Below, in pieces: positions 10,841 to 23,900 of a stretch of 64,000 bases of DNA. A model generated the notes under the pieces. That model was not told the origin of the DNA and ran no database searches. It was given only the letters and a program-made list of their open reading frames with translations. How positions within the stretch are numbered: the stretch's first letter is position 1; the number at the start of each line of letters is the position of its first letter. The stretch is taken from NCBI GenBank assembly GCA_030390025.1, contig CM059438.1:28768001-28832000 (forward strand), in the 5' to 3' direction. Position numbers and translations under genes: made by a program. Source of the DNA: Squalus acanthias. Lineage: Eukaryota.

Positions 10841-12493
10841 AACACTGACGTATTAGTGATTTTTATATTCTTTTAACTGAGACCAGTGTTTCCACCGTCC
10901 TTCTCTCTTTTTCACATCCACACATGCACAGGTGTCACTTGACATAATGACGTCATATGGTCCATCCCACCTCGGGGCGAGACCTGGTTTTTCTGGGATT
11001 ATTTTTACCATTACCTGAGTACCTACCTGTGGTACTTCGGATTTTTGCACTTTATTATCATTTTCCATGTCCCTAATTAGTTGCTGATCTCGTACTTCCT
11101 GTTTCAGTTCGTGCAATCCCACACATAATTATCTGACAAATTCCCTTACTTTATCTTTTACCGGTCCTATATGATCCGTGCCTCCTGTGATGACTCCTTC
11201 AGGGAGTCTCATGGCCCTTCCTGTCATTAACTCAAATGGTGTTAGACCTGTCGTGTGGTTCGGTGTTGCGCGTAATCGCATCAAGATACCAGGTAATACA
11301 TCAGCCCATCCTTTTCCTGACTCATGTATGCTTTTGGCCAATGCTAACTTTAGGGTTCGGTTCATTCTTTCTACCATCCCTGAGCTCTGTGGGTGGTATG
11401 GTATGTGATACTTCTGTTTGATACCCAGTAATTTACAAGTTTCCGTAATCACCTTTCCTGTGAAGTGCGTGCCTTGGTCTGAGTCAATGTGTAGGGGTAC
11501 ACCCCATCTTGGCACGATTTCCTCTGCCTTAATTTTGGCTACTGTAGTGGCTGAGCAATCTCATGTTGCAAATGCCTCTACCCAACGAGTAAATTGATCA
11601 ATTACTACTCGGCAATAGGTTTTCCCCCTACTGTTTGGTAGTGGGCCAGTAAAATCAATCTGTAAATTCTCCCATGGTCCTTTGGTTGATGACTCATTCT
11701 GATTTTTACAGGTCTTCCTGGGTCGTGTTGTGCCCAAATAACACATCTATGGCAATATTTTGCCACATTCTTTCCCATACCCGGCCACCACCAACATCTC
11801 CTCATGTTGTATAACATGTTGTCTCTCCCTTGGTGTTGGCGGCCGTGGTATAGTTCTAACAGCTGCTGTTTATGCATTCGGGAGCAGCTACCCTACCTCC
11901 CGGATTTCTCCAGATTCAGTCATCTCCCTCTTTCGCCCCTGATTTATACCACAAAGCCTTTTCTTACTTTGTGGCTTCTTGATGTAATTTATGCACATTC
12001 ACTTCCTCAGGTCCTATGGCACTTATAGCTACATCTACTTGGTTTACCTCTTCTGGCTTTAAGTCTTGCTCCATTACCTGGTTTGCTGCTTCGTCTGCCC
12101 ACTGGTTCCCCAGCTGTTCTGGGTTGTCTGCTTTACGGTGAGATTTTATTTTGATTACTGCAGCTTGGCTTGGTTTCTTGGCTGCTTCTACCAAGTCCCT
12201 AATCCTATTTTCATGCTGTATGGGTGTTCCCCCTGAAGTTACATATCCTCTTCTACTCCACGCCGTCATATAGTCATGCACTACACCAAAGGCATAACGA
12301 CTGTCTGTAAATATAATTACCCTCTGGTTAGCTGCCATTTCTAAAGCTCTAGTTAATGCTACTAATTCCGCTACTTGAGCTGAGTGTCCTCCATCTAACC
12401 TTCCATGGTCTCTTATTTGTCCTAGTTCATCTACTACTGCCCATCCAGTCCTTGGTGTCCCATCAATATATTTATGGGATCCATCGACATAAA

Positions 12494-13382
12494 GGGGGAA
12501 AAATTCAGTTGGTTGCGTCTCCTGTTAGCGCCTTAAGAGGGCGCTCATGGGGCGCAAAGCATCTAGCGCCCAGGCGCGGCGATGTTTGCGCCGCTCGCGA
12601 AATTAACCAGACATTTTGCGGCAGCGCTAAACACTACAGCCACGATCTCCTGCGCCGGCAGATCGTGACGTCAGTCGAGTGCGCAACGCCCCGGTATCAC
12701 CCCGGAGCAGATATTGAGTGGCGCCCCCTGCCTTACCGCCTGACGCTAGCAACGACAGTTTGAGCGGAGCGAATTGCAGTCATGAAGGGACTGGGGGAGC
12801 GCTATTTAAAGGCAACCGCTTCCTGCCTTTTATTGTTGGTGCCATTTTTGAACCATGCATTCTGAGAGAGAGAGAGACTTCTGGAGAGATTCAACGCTGT
12901 GTGAAGGAGTTTTGGGTACTGAGCAGCACTTTGCAGGTTCATTTTGATTTGCCATTCCTTGTATCGATTTAGAAGAGACTGTGGGGGCTGCACTCTAAGC
13001 TCTTTCCCTGGTACTCTCCATTGTTCTTTCCAGCAGATTTGATGTGCAGGTCTCTCCAGGCCGAGATTCAAGGCTGCAATGAGCAGGATGTGGATTGAAA
13101 GCAAGATCAACCATCCCCTTTAAGAACTGGCCGGTGCCATTGTGTGTGTGTTCCATTGCTGACTGACATCACATGAGCTTTGCCAGCGCTCTGAGGTAGC
13201 GCCTCGCTCCTCGGCCTTTGCGCCTTAAGACAGGTGTGAAGCGCCTGATTTAGCGCTCCAATCACCTCCAGGGGCGATAAAAGTCAAGTTTGCAGTCGGT
13301 GGCGATAATTAGCGCCAGGCGCTAATCTTTGCGCCCGGCCGATAATTGCGCCCCAAATGGGGCGATACTGAATTTCTCCCCC
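12494..13382. mobile_element. Non-autonomous Harbinger MITE related to 4970-9297 (opposite orientation), inserted in RNase H
   Basis: TIR GGGGGA(A/G)AAATTCAGT, AAA TSD, and termini homologous to the autonomous element. Removal restores EVDMTLYVDGS. Confidence 0.92.
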
Positions 13383-13669
13383 AAAGAGTCATATCTACTT
13401 CTGGTATAGGTTGTTCTTTAATCAAGCTACTTGCCTCTTCTCCCTCTTCTGTTGCACAGATATGTTCCTCCCCTTCATGCATCATCATTGCTGCAGGGTT
13501 CCTTCCTGTGTCTCGTATAATTTGTACTGACTTATCTTTTGGGATTAAAATTGCTTCCCATGTTGCCCTTCGGCTATCTGATACGGCTCTCAGCTTTCCT
13601 GTATTTAGTAGCTCTTCTAAAGTATGGGGGGGGGTGTAAAATTATCACACCCATCAGTGTCAGTGGTTC

Positions 13670-14101
13670 TCTCTTTCAAAACTGAGATGAGGAGGAACTA
13701 CTTCACTCAGAGGGTGGTAGGTCCATGGAATATGCTGCCACAAAAAGCTGTAGAAGCTGTAGAAGCTACATCATTAAATAAATTTAAAACAGAAATAGAC
13801 AGTTTCCTAGAAGTAAAGGGCATTAAGGGTTACGGGGAGCGGGCAGGAATTTGGACATGAGTCTAGGTTCGGATCGGTCATGGCCCTGTGGGTAGTGGAG
13901 CGGGCCCAGGGACCGTGTAGCCTGATTCTGCTCCTATTTCGTGTGTGCAATTCTGTTAGATGCAGGAGATGGTTCTGTGATAGATAGTAGATTGGCGGTT
14001 AGGATCAGATCAGCCATGATCTTATTGAATGGCGGAGCAGGCTCGAGGGGCCGATTGGCCTACTCCTGCTCCTATTTCTTATGTTCTTATGTTCTTCTTA
14101 T
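13670..14101 (+). mobile_element. CR1 3' fragment inserted in pol
   Basis: EMRRNYFTQRVV..W motif and CR1 tail, with a GTTC duplication. Removal restores VRVCEPLTLM. Confidence 0.85.
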
Positions 14102-15290
14102 GTTCACAAACCCTGACTGCCCATGTTGCACAATCTATTGCAGCAACACAGTTTGCCATTCCTGCTGCTACAGGATCCCTCTTGGTTGAATAATAGGCTA
14201 TCGGTCTCATGCGATCACCGTGTTCTTGGGTCACTCCAGCTGTAAAATGTCCCCCTTTATTATGATGCGGAGGTGAAATGGTTGACTGTGGTCTGGCAGA
14301 CCCAGTCCTGGGGCAGAGATCAATGCTCGTTTTAATTCCCTAAATGCTTGTTCGTGTTTACTTTCCCAATTAACAGGTTCATCTGATGCCCTCCCCCCTT
14401 TGTTCAACTCGTACAAAGGCTCCGCCTTTTGGGAGAAGTTTTCAAAAAAATTCCGACAGCAATTAAACAATCCCATCACCTTTCTGACCCCTCTAACGGT
14501 GGTGGGTCGGGACATTTCCATAATGGCCTTTTTCCTGTCTTCTGGCATTTTTCTCTTTCCTTCTGTGATTGTATACCCCAAATAGGCTACCTCTTTCTTC
14601 CCTATTTGTGCCTTCTTGGGGTTTACTTTCAGTCCTGCATCTTGCAGCGCCTCAAATACTCTTATCAGTGCCTGCACATGTCCTCCTGGCGTTTCTGAGG
14701 CTATTAGTATGTCATCGACATACTGCAGGAGGGTACTCTTATTTTTGGTTAAATCTACTTTCTCCAAGGCCTCTGCCATTGCCTTGTGAAATATTGCTGG
14801 ACTATTGTGAAAGCCCTGAGGCAATCGTGTCCAGGTATACTGCAGATTCCCCACTGTAAAGGCAAATTTGTCCTGTGACTCTTGTTGCAATGGTATTGAC
14901 CAAAATCTGTTTGATATGTCCAATACTGTAAATATCTTGTGTTTCGGTCCCAAATCATTAAAGATAGTTGCTGGACTCACCACTATCGGCAGCTCCCGTT
15001 TTGCCACTTTATTTTGTGGCTGTATAATCAATCGTTAGCCGATATGTGCCATCTGGCTTTTTGACTGGCCACACTGGCGAGTTGGTTGTGGTGCTAGTTT
15101 GTCGTACCACACCTTGTACTTCTAATTCTTTCACAATTTGTTTCACTGCCCTTTGAGCCTCTATCTTAATCGGATACTGTTTATGGGGTTTGTGTTCAGG
15201 TCCCGGTATATTCAATGGTTCCATTTTTACTAAGCCGCAATCATTTTTATGGGTTGCCCATAATTTAGGGTACTGTTGACATAGTACTCC

Positions 15291-15839
15291 TCAGGCTCCC
15301 TTACCTTTCCAATCGGGATCTATCAACTTTAAAGATCCTATCTGTACCACACTGTCTCCTGGCTCACCATATTTTCGGCGTGTTTCATGTTTGTCTGGCC
15401 AGATTATAGTATTCTCTTTAGGGTTGATTATTCCTCCTAATTCTCTGAGGATATCTATGCCCAAAATGGTTCCATCGGGATTTTTACACACCCATCCTTT
15501 TGGGGTTCCAGTTCTTTCGTCTGTTTCTAGGGAATCTCTAAATCCCTTTAATGGAGCTAACTTCTTCCTGGGCAGCTTAATAGCTGCTATCTTTCCCTTG
15601 AGCTCAGCTCTCTCTTGTGTTTGATTCTGTTTCTGGCATTGATTCACGTAACAAGCCATGACAATGATATTTGCAGTTTCTTCCTTGTCCTTGGTTTGTT
15701 TTAACCACCATGTTTTTTGTCTGTCTGGGTCATCTCTCGAATCCCATCCCTTTTTCTCCATTTTATTAATCATTTTATCTTTCTTTTCTGCTAAATAGCG
15801 AGTTATGGACTCTTCCGAGCCCCAATTCATTTTGGCCAT
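15291..15839 (-). pseudogene. gag: Gag N-terminus fused in frame to the C-terminal part of protease (capsid, nucleocapsid and DTG motif absent)
   Basis: First long ORF after the PBS. It carries the protease-like ILGIDILRELGGII at its C-terminus and shows no MHR, CCHC or D(T/S)G. Confidence 0.7.
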
Positions 15840-16146
15840 TATAAAGATCGCTAGCAGGGATTTTCCAGTCTCCGTCTAGTAAGTTGTCTACTCTGTTTTG
15901 GCTGTTGGTTAGTAACTCTGATTCACTCAGATCCTATCCGCGGTTCGGGTTACAGTTATACAGCTCTACACGACGTACGACACACTCAATCGCACCCTCT
16001 GCCAAGTCTGTCTATTTGTTTTGTTCGGATACCAAGTCTTACCAGAAAAAAATGCCAACAATGATTATGGACACTAATTATGGGTGGTAATATAAATGTA
16101 CTCATCCTTGATTGCCCTTCATTGTTGCCACTCTGGGTGCTTCGGT

Positions 16147-16164
16147 ATCCTGCCGACTACGCCA
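16147..16164 (-). promoter_or_regulatory. Primer-binding site complementary to the tRNA-Ser 3' end
   Basis: Minus strand TGGCGTAGTCGGCAGGAT lies 3 nt from the LTR and is the complement of the vertebrate tRNA-Ser 3' end ATCCTGCCGACTACG-CCA. Confidence 0.9.
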
Positions 16165-16167
16165 ATT

Positions 16168-16591
16168 TGTTAGAGGGGACTCCGATTTCCTTCCTCTCAG
16201 TCAAGACAGATGATGGTAGATAGGTTCACAATGATCTTTATTCAAGCATATGCAGGGGGAGACTCTCACTTGACAGCTTCAAGTGGGACTTCGCCGATCT
16301 CTCTCATTTCATTTACTTATATACATTTGTTATTGCTTATGCAAGCTATTACAAAATATCACGTGCTAGTCACACTATTTGTTAATGTGAGGGGTCTCTA
16401 TCCATGAATTGCACTCCTTAGTTCCCTTGTGATTTAATCATTTGCTCGGTGACTATTCTTTTGCACGTATATAATTAGGTTTTGACTTGTTTTTCACATT
16501 TTATCACACCACCATCGTTAACCTAACATAACCTCTAATGTTCTTTATTGTTTGGTCAATCAGTAGTGTTTACTTGTTAATTACCCTTACA
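16168..16591 (-). repeat. 5' LTR (424 bp)
   Basis: Direct repeat of 3153-3576, followed by the PBS on the minus strand. Confidence 0.95.
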
Positions 16592-16735
16592 ATACTGCAT
16601 TTGATGTTAGGAAGGCACCTACTTGAGGTAGTGTCTCCTGTTCCTTTAGCGCTGCACCAGCTATGACCAATGCAAAGTAAACTTTAAAAATGATCTAGGT
16701 AGTTGGTTCGACCACCCAGTAGCTTTTTAAACTTT

Positions 16736-17285
16736 GGGCCTGGAAATTCCACTTGGGACCTGGGCCCATCTCCGGCATAACTGCTTGAGTATGGGACGGT
16801 GATGGGGGCAGAAGATTGGTTCCGCCGAGGTTCTGTCCCATGGAGAGGAGGCCAAGAAATTTTGGTGGGTGTAAGAGGGAGGATCTTCAGCTAGCCCCCT
16901 CTCCTCATGTCAGGTGGTCATACATAGGTGAGTTTCCAGGCTTCACCAGGAGATTCTGCCCAGTATGCCACCCAATAGATGAATAGAACCCAGGCCTGCC
17001 AAGGGCAGGTGTAAGTTCTAATATGGGCCCTCCAATGGCCTAAAATAATAGAAGAAGCAGTAGCTTCTTTGGTAGCTGAAAGGTTGTGCAACTCTTTTTC
17101 TGTTAGGCTGTTCCTGATATTCCAGGCTTCTGTCAGGGGAATGATGCATGATGCACCCACCCTGGACATACTAATTATCCCATCCTTGTAATTTGGGATG
17201 GGGCAGCATCCCTCGGAGTCAGTAGACATGGACCCTGCTCTACCACACTTCCACTGGCAGAGCTCGGCTATTGGAATTCCGGCCT
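16736..17285. mobile_element. Old Harbinger-type MITE
   Basis: Imperfect TIR gggcctggaaattcc / ggaattccggcc. Confidence 0.4.
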
Positions 17286-18486
17286 CTTCATTTTTAACCT
17301 TTTAAACATTAGTTGAAAACTTGCATTTGCTGTTCTCTAATATTACAGTTTAATTGACATTTGGATGAACTCTGCTTCTCTGGAGTGTGCCGTAACACCA
17401 TGAATTTCATGCTTCTCTAAGCAGTTACTGGTCTAAAACTGGTATCTAGTGTTATAGCACTTGTCACAAACTTCCAGCTTCGGAAAGAATTTAACTTCTG
17501 TGCTACTTTCAGAGAAGACTTGTGAGTGGGACTAAAGCAGTCTGAAATTAAGCTCAATGTAGTGAGGGGGTAGAATAACTGGCTTTTCTTCGTACCTCAG
17601 GGTTATTGACAAGTTAGTGACACAGGCCATACACCATCTTAAGAGTGCATAAACCCAACGTCAAACACAACCACATATCTTAAAAATTGAAGCTTTTATT
17701 GCAGTTTCCTGGCTCACAGTAAAAATTGATTCTTATTCCTTTATGTGTACAATATCTGACAAGTTTGCTGGAAGATTAATGGCAGTAGATGACTGAAACA
17801 AAACTAATTAAAACTTTTATTGACAAGTCTTGATTTTGATGGACACATTGATGAGGATATAAGAGTATTAAAATTCAGATCTTCCTTTGCATACATGTCA
17901 TCTGTGTTTATCTGTGATTCAAACCCCTTTTGACTACTATAAAGCTTCACATTCTTTCCCTCTTTAGCCTTTGAATTTTCATGTATACTGTACAGTTATA
18001 CTTTATGTACTCCCTGATGTTTTAAGAACTTCATTACAACCTGCCAAAACTGAGATAACTGAGGTCCTATTTTTGGAGTGTTAGTAATTTTATTGCTGAT
18101 TTATTGTAATTGTAAAATATTAATCTATATAGTATCTTTTTCTATTTTACAAAGTTCACCCATTAACCTACAGGCTGATGCTTCTTTTGCTTTGTGCTCA
18201 GGGTACATTTATTTCTCAGGTGGTGGAAAAGAAGAGGAGCCTGTGACATTGGGTCTCTGTCTCCTTTATGTATGCATGGTTACCTCTGAAGGTATCTCTG
18301 AAGGTAGATCCCTAGTGTGTAGAGCAGGTACAGGAATTTAAATGAAATGGTAATGAGGAGGGTATGCTGTCATCATGTGGCCCACCTCAATTTCTTGGGT
18401 CTACACTTTGACAGAGGCCCCAACCAAAACTGTGACACTTTGGGCCAATGGGCCAATCCCCCTCAGATTGGAGCATGCAGCAAGCA

Positions 18487-20814
18487 TATAAGAACATAAG
18501 AAATAGGAGCAGGAGTAGGCCATTCAGCCCTTTGAGCCTGCTCCGCCATTCAATGAGATCATGGCTGATCTTCTGCCTCAATTCCATTCACCGGCCTTAT
18601 CGCCATATCCCTTGATGCCCTTACTAATCAGAAATCTATCGACTTCTGTTTTGAATATACCCAATGACTGAGCCTCCACAGCCCTCTGGGGTAGAGAATT
18701 CCAAAGATTCACCACCCTCTGTGTGAAGAAATTTCTTCTCATCTCAGTCCTGAATGGCCTACCCTTTATCCTGAGGCTGTGGCCCCTGGTTCTAGACTCC
18801 CCAGCCAAGGGAAACATTCTCCCAGCATCCACCCTATCAAGCCCTGTAATAATTTTGTATGCTTCAATGAGATCCCCTCTCATTCTTCTGAATTCAAGAG
18901 AATACAGGCCTAGTTTACTCAATCTCTTCTCATATGACAGTCCCGCCATCCCAGGAATCAATCTCGTGAACCTTCGTTGCATTCCCTCTATGGCAAGTAT
19001 ATCCTTCCTTAGGTAAGGAGACCAAAATTGTACACAGTACTCCAGGTGTGGTCTCACCAAGGCCCTATATAATTGGAGTAAGACTTCTTTACTCCTGTAC
19101 TCAAATCCTCTTGTAATGAAGGCCAGCATACCATTTGCCTTCCTAATGGCTTGCTGCACCTGCACATTCACTTTCAATGACTCATGTACAAGGACACCCA
19201 GGACCCTTTGAGCGTCTGCATTCCCCAATCTTTCACCATTTAGGGAAACTCTGCCTTTCTGTTTTTTCTACCAAAGTGGATAACTTCACATTTATCCATA
19301 TTATAAACCATCTGCCATGTTCTCGCCCACTCACTGAGCCTGTCGAGATCCCCTTGAAGCCTCTTCGCATCCTCTTCGCAACTGACACTGTCACCTTGCT
19401 TTGTGTCATCAGCAAATTTGGAAATGTTACATTTATTCCCCTCATCCAAATCATTGATATAGATTGTGAATAGCTGGGGCCCAAGCACCGAACCTTGCGG
19501 TACCCCACTAGTCACAGCCTGCCATCCTGAAAAAGACCCGTTTATCCCTACTCTTTGTTTTCTGTCTGTTAACCAATTCTCAATCCATGCTAGTATATTA
19601 CCCCCAATTCCATGTGCCCTAATTTTGTTCACCAACCTCTTGTGTGGGACCTTATCGAAGGCCTTCTGAAAATCCAAATACATCACATCTACCGGTTCCC
19701 CTTTTGTCTACTCCACTAGTTACATCCTCAAAGAACTCCAATAGGTTTGTCAAACAGGACTTCCCTTTCATAAATCCATGTTGACTCTGCCCAATCTTAC
19801 TATTAGTTTCTAAGTGCCCAGTTATTGCATCCTTTATAATAGATTCCAGCATTTTCCCAACTACTGATGTGAGGCTAACAGGTCTGTAGTTCCCCGTTTT
19901 CTCTCTCCCTCCTTTCTTAAATAGCGGGGTTACATTTGCTATCTCCAATCTGCAGGAACCGTTCCAGAATCTATAGAATTTTGGAAGATGACAACCAATG
20001 CGTCCACTATCCCAATGGCCACCTTTTTCAAAACCCTAGGATGTAGGTCATCCGGGCCTTGAGATTTATCAACTTTTAGTCCCATTAATTTTGCTAGTAC
20101 TGTTTTTTTACTAATAATAATTTCTTTAAGTTCCTCATTCTCACCACACCCTTGGTTATCTCTTATTTCTGGGAGGTTTTTATGTGTCTTCCTCCGTGAA
20201 GACAGAAACAAAGTATTTATTTAATTTCTCCGCCATTTCCTCATTCCCCATTATAAATTCTCCTGTCTCTGACTGTAAAGGACCTACATTTACCTTCGCC
20301 AGTCTTTTCCTTTTCCTTTTTATATTTTTCGCTAGTTTGTGCTCATATTCCATTTTCCCTTTCTTTATCAATTTCTTGGTCCCCCTTTGCTGATTTCTAA
20401 AAAGATCCCAATCCTCAGGCTGACCGCTTTTTCTGGCAACTTTATAAGCTTCCTCCTTTGACTTAATACTAGCTTTAATTTCTTTTGTTAGCCATGGTTG
20501 GATCACTTTTCCTTTTGGGTTTTTATGCCCTCGAGGAATATATGTTTGTTGCAAATTATGCATTATTTCCTTGAATGTTAGCCATTGTATGTCCACCTTC
20601 ATACCTTTTAGTGTAGTCTCCCAATCTACCATGGCCAACTTGTCCCTCATACCCTTGTAGTTTCCTCTGTTTAGATTGAAGACCTTAGTTTCAGATTGGA
20701 CTACATCACTCTCAAACTTAATATAAAATTCAATCATATTATGGTCACTTGTCCCTAAAGGCCCCTTTACCACAAGATTATTGATTAGCCCTTTCTCATT
20801 ACACAGTACCAGAT
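18487..20814 (-). mobile_element. CR1 LINE, 5'-truncated (ORF2 from end of EN through RT to the 3' tail)
   Basis: SDHN, YLDFQKAFDKVPH, GVPQGSVLGP, KFADD and RPHLEYCVQFWSP motifs, several frameshifts, CR1 tail. Confidence 0.95.
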
Positions 20815-21907
20815 AGAGGTACTGAAAAGGTATGTATTTTTTTCAGTTACAGCACTCTGGATGGTTGCGGCTGGAGGGCTTCTGCCTGCTGTGTTTTGAG
20901 AGCAAGCTCTGATGTTACCGCAGCAGTATACTTTCCTCCCCTGCTCTGGGTGCAGGGACATTCCTACATTGGGGAAATGCCAGGCTAAAGCAAGTAGTCT
21001 GAATCTGGAAACGTCCGGGGTCAGATCAGGTCAGGTGGAGCACGTTGCAACGAAAATTGGCCCACGAGAGTGATGCATCTGAGTTTCCTTCGGTCGAATT
21101 CATGACTTGTGAATTTGATAATCTTACCAGACAAAAAGAAAATGGCCCATCATTGTGTACCAACAATGATGGTCATTTCATATTTTTTAAACAGCTAACG
21201 AGCTACTTAATCAGTATTTCTTCTGAATGATCTGTAAATACAGCTATGCATTGAGAAAATAAGAATGCTGAAGCGGTGTTACCTTGGGCCCCAACTTTCT
21301 GACTGTGACCTTACAATCCTTCTTGATGGGCTCAATGAAAAACAGTATGGCCTTCTCAATACCAGATCAAGTTTGCTGTCTGGCTCTGAATATGTGAGCA
21401 GGTCAACACTGCTGCTGAAACCAAAAGGACTTGGAAGCAGGTTAGGAAGAAGCACCACCACTTCAAGATAGCCATTAAGGTAATGCAGAAATGAAACTTA
21501 AGAATGATTATAAGCACAAATTTGAAATTGACAGCTTAAGGAATTCCAAACATAGGCATCAGAAACTGCAGTCTTGAACTGACACATTTATAATTAAGAA
21601 TGATGTCCTGATGAAGGTAAAAGTTTTTGAACTTGCGTTGTGCATGTCATGACAGTACAGGTACTCTAATACAGCATTATGAGAGTCTTGCTGAATGGGC
21701 TCTGCTATGATATCCACTCATCGCTATTACACGAAAAAGGGGCATTCAAAAAGTGGGTGCACAGTGACGCTGGATGGGACCCAAACATAATGAAGCTCCT
21801 GGAAACCTTTTTAAAAAAAGATCATTAACATGGAAATTTTTGAAGGCACTCCACTTGAGGAAGTGGGAGGAAGGCGTGCACCAACTAGTAAGTACAAAAA
21901 TTCATAG

Positions 21908-22047
21908 CGGGTGAATTTCTGCTGAAGAGCCAGGGAAACCTCAGAAAAACTGCACAAATGCTTTTTGCATAATTTTACTGGGTTTCCGTGGCTCTTCCTG
22001 CAAAGTGACGGCTGCTGAATGGGAGAATCCCTGCGGAAATTCATCTG
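21908..22047. mobile_element. Short MITE-like inverted repeat
   Basis: cgggtgaatttctgc / gcggaaattcatctg termini. Confidence 0.4.
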
Positions 22048-22892
22048 TGTACTATCTTCTGATCGGCACAAGAGTAAACAGCATTTCTATGCGTTCATAC
22101 TGAAGACAATAGTTTTGAGGTTCATTACTTTCAAAAGCAATAGTGAATTGGAGATGTGTGCAAATCTACTAATAAATGTATTTCTGCTCTCTTCACAGAT
22201 GTTGGTGCAAGAACCGGTTATCCTTGGTGGGTCGCACAGCAGCACAGTACACAACTGCACCCAACATTAGCACTTCTTGTATATACTCATGCATAAGACT
22301 CGTAATATTGGTCCCAGTTTGGAGTTAAAAATGGAGGGGTGTTCCTACCTCTCTCAGCTTTCCCCCTTAGAAAAGCAATTACTCCAAGGACTGTGGAGCC
22401 AGCAACAACGCCATACCAGTGAATCCCATCAAGTGCTACTGTCAGCTATTTCTCTGTGCAGCTCTTACAATGCTTTGATATTTAAATGTGATTTTTTTCC
22501 TCCCAGTTTCAATCCAGACTCTTGCTGCTGATTCAAAATTGGAGACAGTCAAGCAATGTAGATAAAGGGAGAGGAGATTTAAAATCAGTAAATCAGAAGC
22601 AGGAAACAGGACTGGAGGGTGAATTTCTGTTTAAATTCCACAGTGCTGGTGGGGGGTGGTAGTGGGGTGGAGGGGGGCGTGGTGTCGGGGTGGGAGTGGC
22701 GGGAGTGGAGCTGTTAAGAATGCACTGGTTGAAATGTGAAAGAGAAAAAATCTATTTGTGGAGATTAGTTGACATGAAGATGAGAATTTTGGTGGCTAGC
22801 TTCATCATGTTGATCCTCATCCTGTATGACCGTCATAGATTTTTGGATGACATTTTTGGAGGTTTTTGTTTATGTTTGAGTTTCCTTATATG

Positions 22893-23362
22893 TGAGTGTA
22901 AATGGTTGTTGGAGGCCAATCATCTCAGCCCCAGGATATCACTGCAGGAGTTCCTCAAAATAGTGTCCTAGGCCCAACCATCTTCAGCTGCTTCATCAAT
23001 GACCTTCCCTCCATCATAAGATCAAAAGTGGGGATGTTCGCTGATGATTGCACAGTGTTCAGTTCCATTCTCAACTCCTCAGATAATGAAGCACTCTATA
23101 CCTGCATGCAGCAAGACCTGGACGACATTCAGACTTGGGCTGATAAGTGGCGAGTAACATTCACACCACAGAAGTGCCAGGCAATGACCATCTCTAAAAA
23201 GAGAGAGTCTAGCCACTTCCCCTTGACATTCAACAGGATTACCATCGCCGAATCCCCCACCATCAACATCCTGGGGGTTACCATTAACCAGAAACTTAAT
23301 TGGACCAGCCACATAAATACTGTGGCTACAAGAGCAGGTCAGAGGCTGGGTATTCTGCAGAG
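22893..23362 (+). mobile_element. RT fragment of the LINE family at 24882-28527
   Basis: AGVPQNSVLGP, MFADD; highly similar to ~27480-27945. Confidence 0.9.
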
Positions 23363-23559
23363 AACAAAATTGTGAAGCATGCAGCACATGACTATAATTT
23401 CAGAGACCCTTTTTTGGGGTTTTACAGCAGCATCCCTTTGGACTGATCCAGCCATGGTATTGTTTGAGCAGTCCACAAGTTTGTACTATTTAGCTCTTTG
23501 TTCAGGCATGTGCCTCATTGTATTTGTCTTCAGCTGCTCTTCTGGGACTGTACACTGGT

Positions 23560-23900
23560 GTCATTAGCCAAGGCTAAAAAAGGTACCACTGGTCTCCCCA
23601 GACCCATCTATTTTGTGATGAACAGCTTTGAGATGAGGGTGGGACTGTAGACTGGCATAAAATAAATGAATCATGGCAGCTTCCAGGTCACCTCTATCTA
23701 CCTGCATGTTCAGATGATCACATATAATCGGCATGTTTATAGAATAGAAACCCTTCCTGCTCATAAATGCAGTGGCATTGATGAAAAAAAAAACATGTTG
23801 CAACAGGGGTGACACTGATGAGGCCTTGAACTTTCAGGAATCCTGCCGCTCTGAAAAAGTGAATCACTACACAGCAACTTGAAGTTCATTGCTTAAGATT
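23560..23900 (-). pseudogene. Degenerate Harbinger transposase remnant
   Basis: FMSRKGFYSINMPIICDH resembles FRNRKGFHSLNVQLVCDH. Confidence 0.6.

Larger units (their letters stand above)
10853..15290 (-). pseudogene. pol: pol (RT, tether, RNase H, integrase), frameshifted and interrupted by two insertions
   Basis: NSPVWPVKKPDG, LPQGFHNSP, YVDD; YVDGS...SAQVAEL...FTDSRYAF; HHCC remnant, QIDFTGP, DSDQGTHF, GMVERMN, WDGPY. Confidence 0.92.
3153..16591 (-). mobile_element. Endogenous retrovirus provirus, defective, lokiretrovirus-like (LTR-gag/pro remnant-pol-env-LTR)
   Basis: Paired LTRs with TG...CA ends, ATACT TSD (3148-3152 and 16592-16596), PBS, PPT, and RT/RH/IN/env ORF fragments on the minus strand. 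Confidence 0.95.

Noticed and set aside
21240-21490. Possible host exon (also splice-like sites near 18220, 22198, 24598, 60961)
   Set aside because: No recognisable protein and no consistent acceptor, donor and frame chain.
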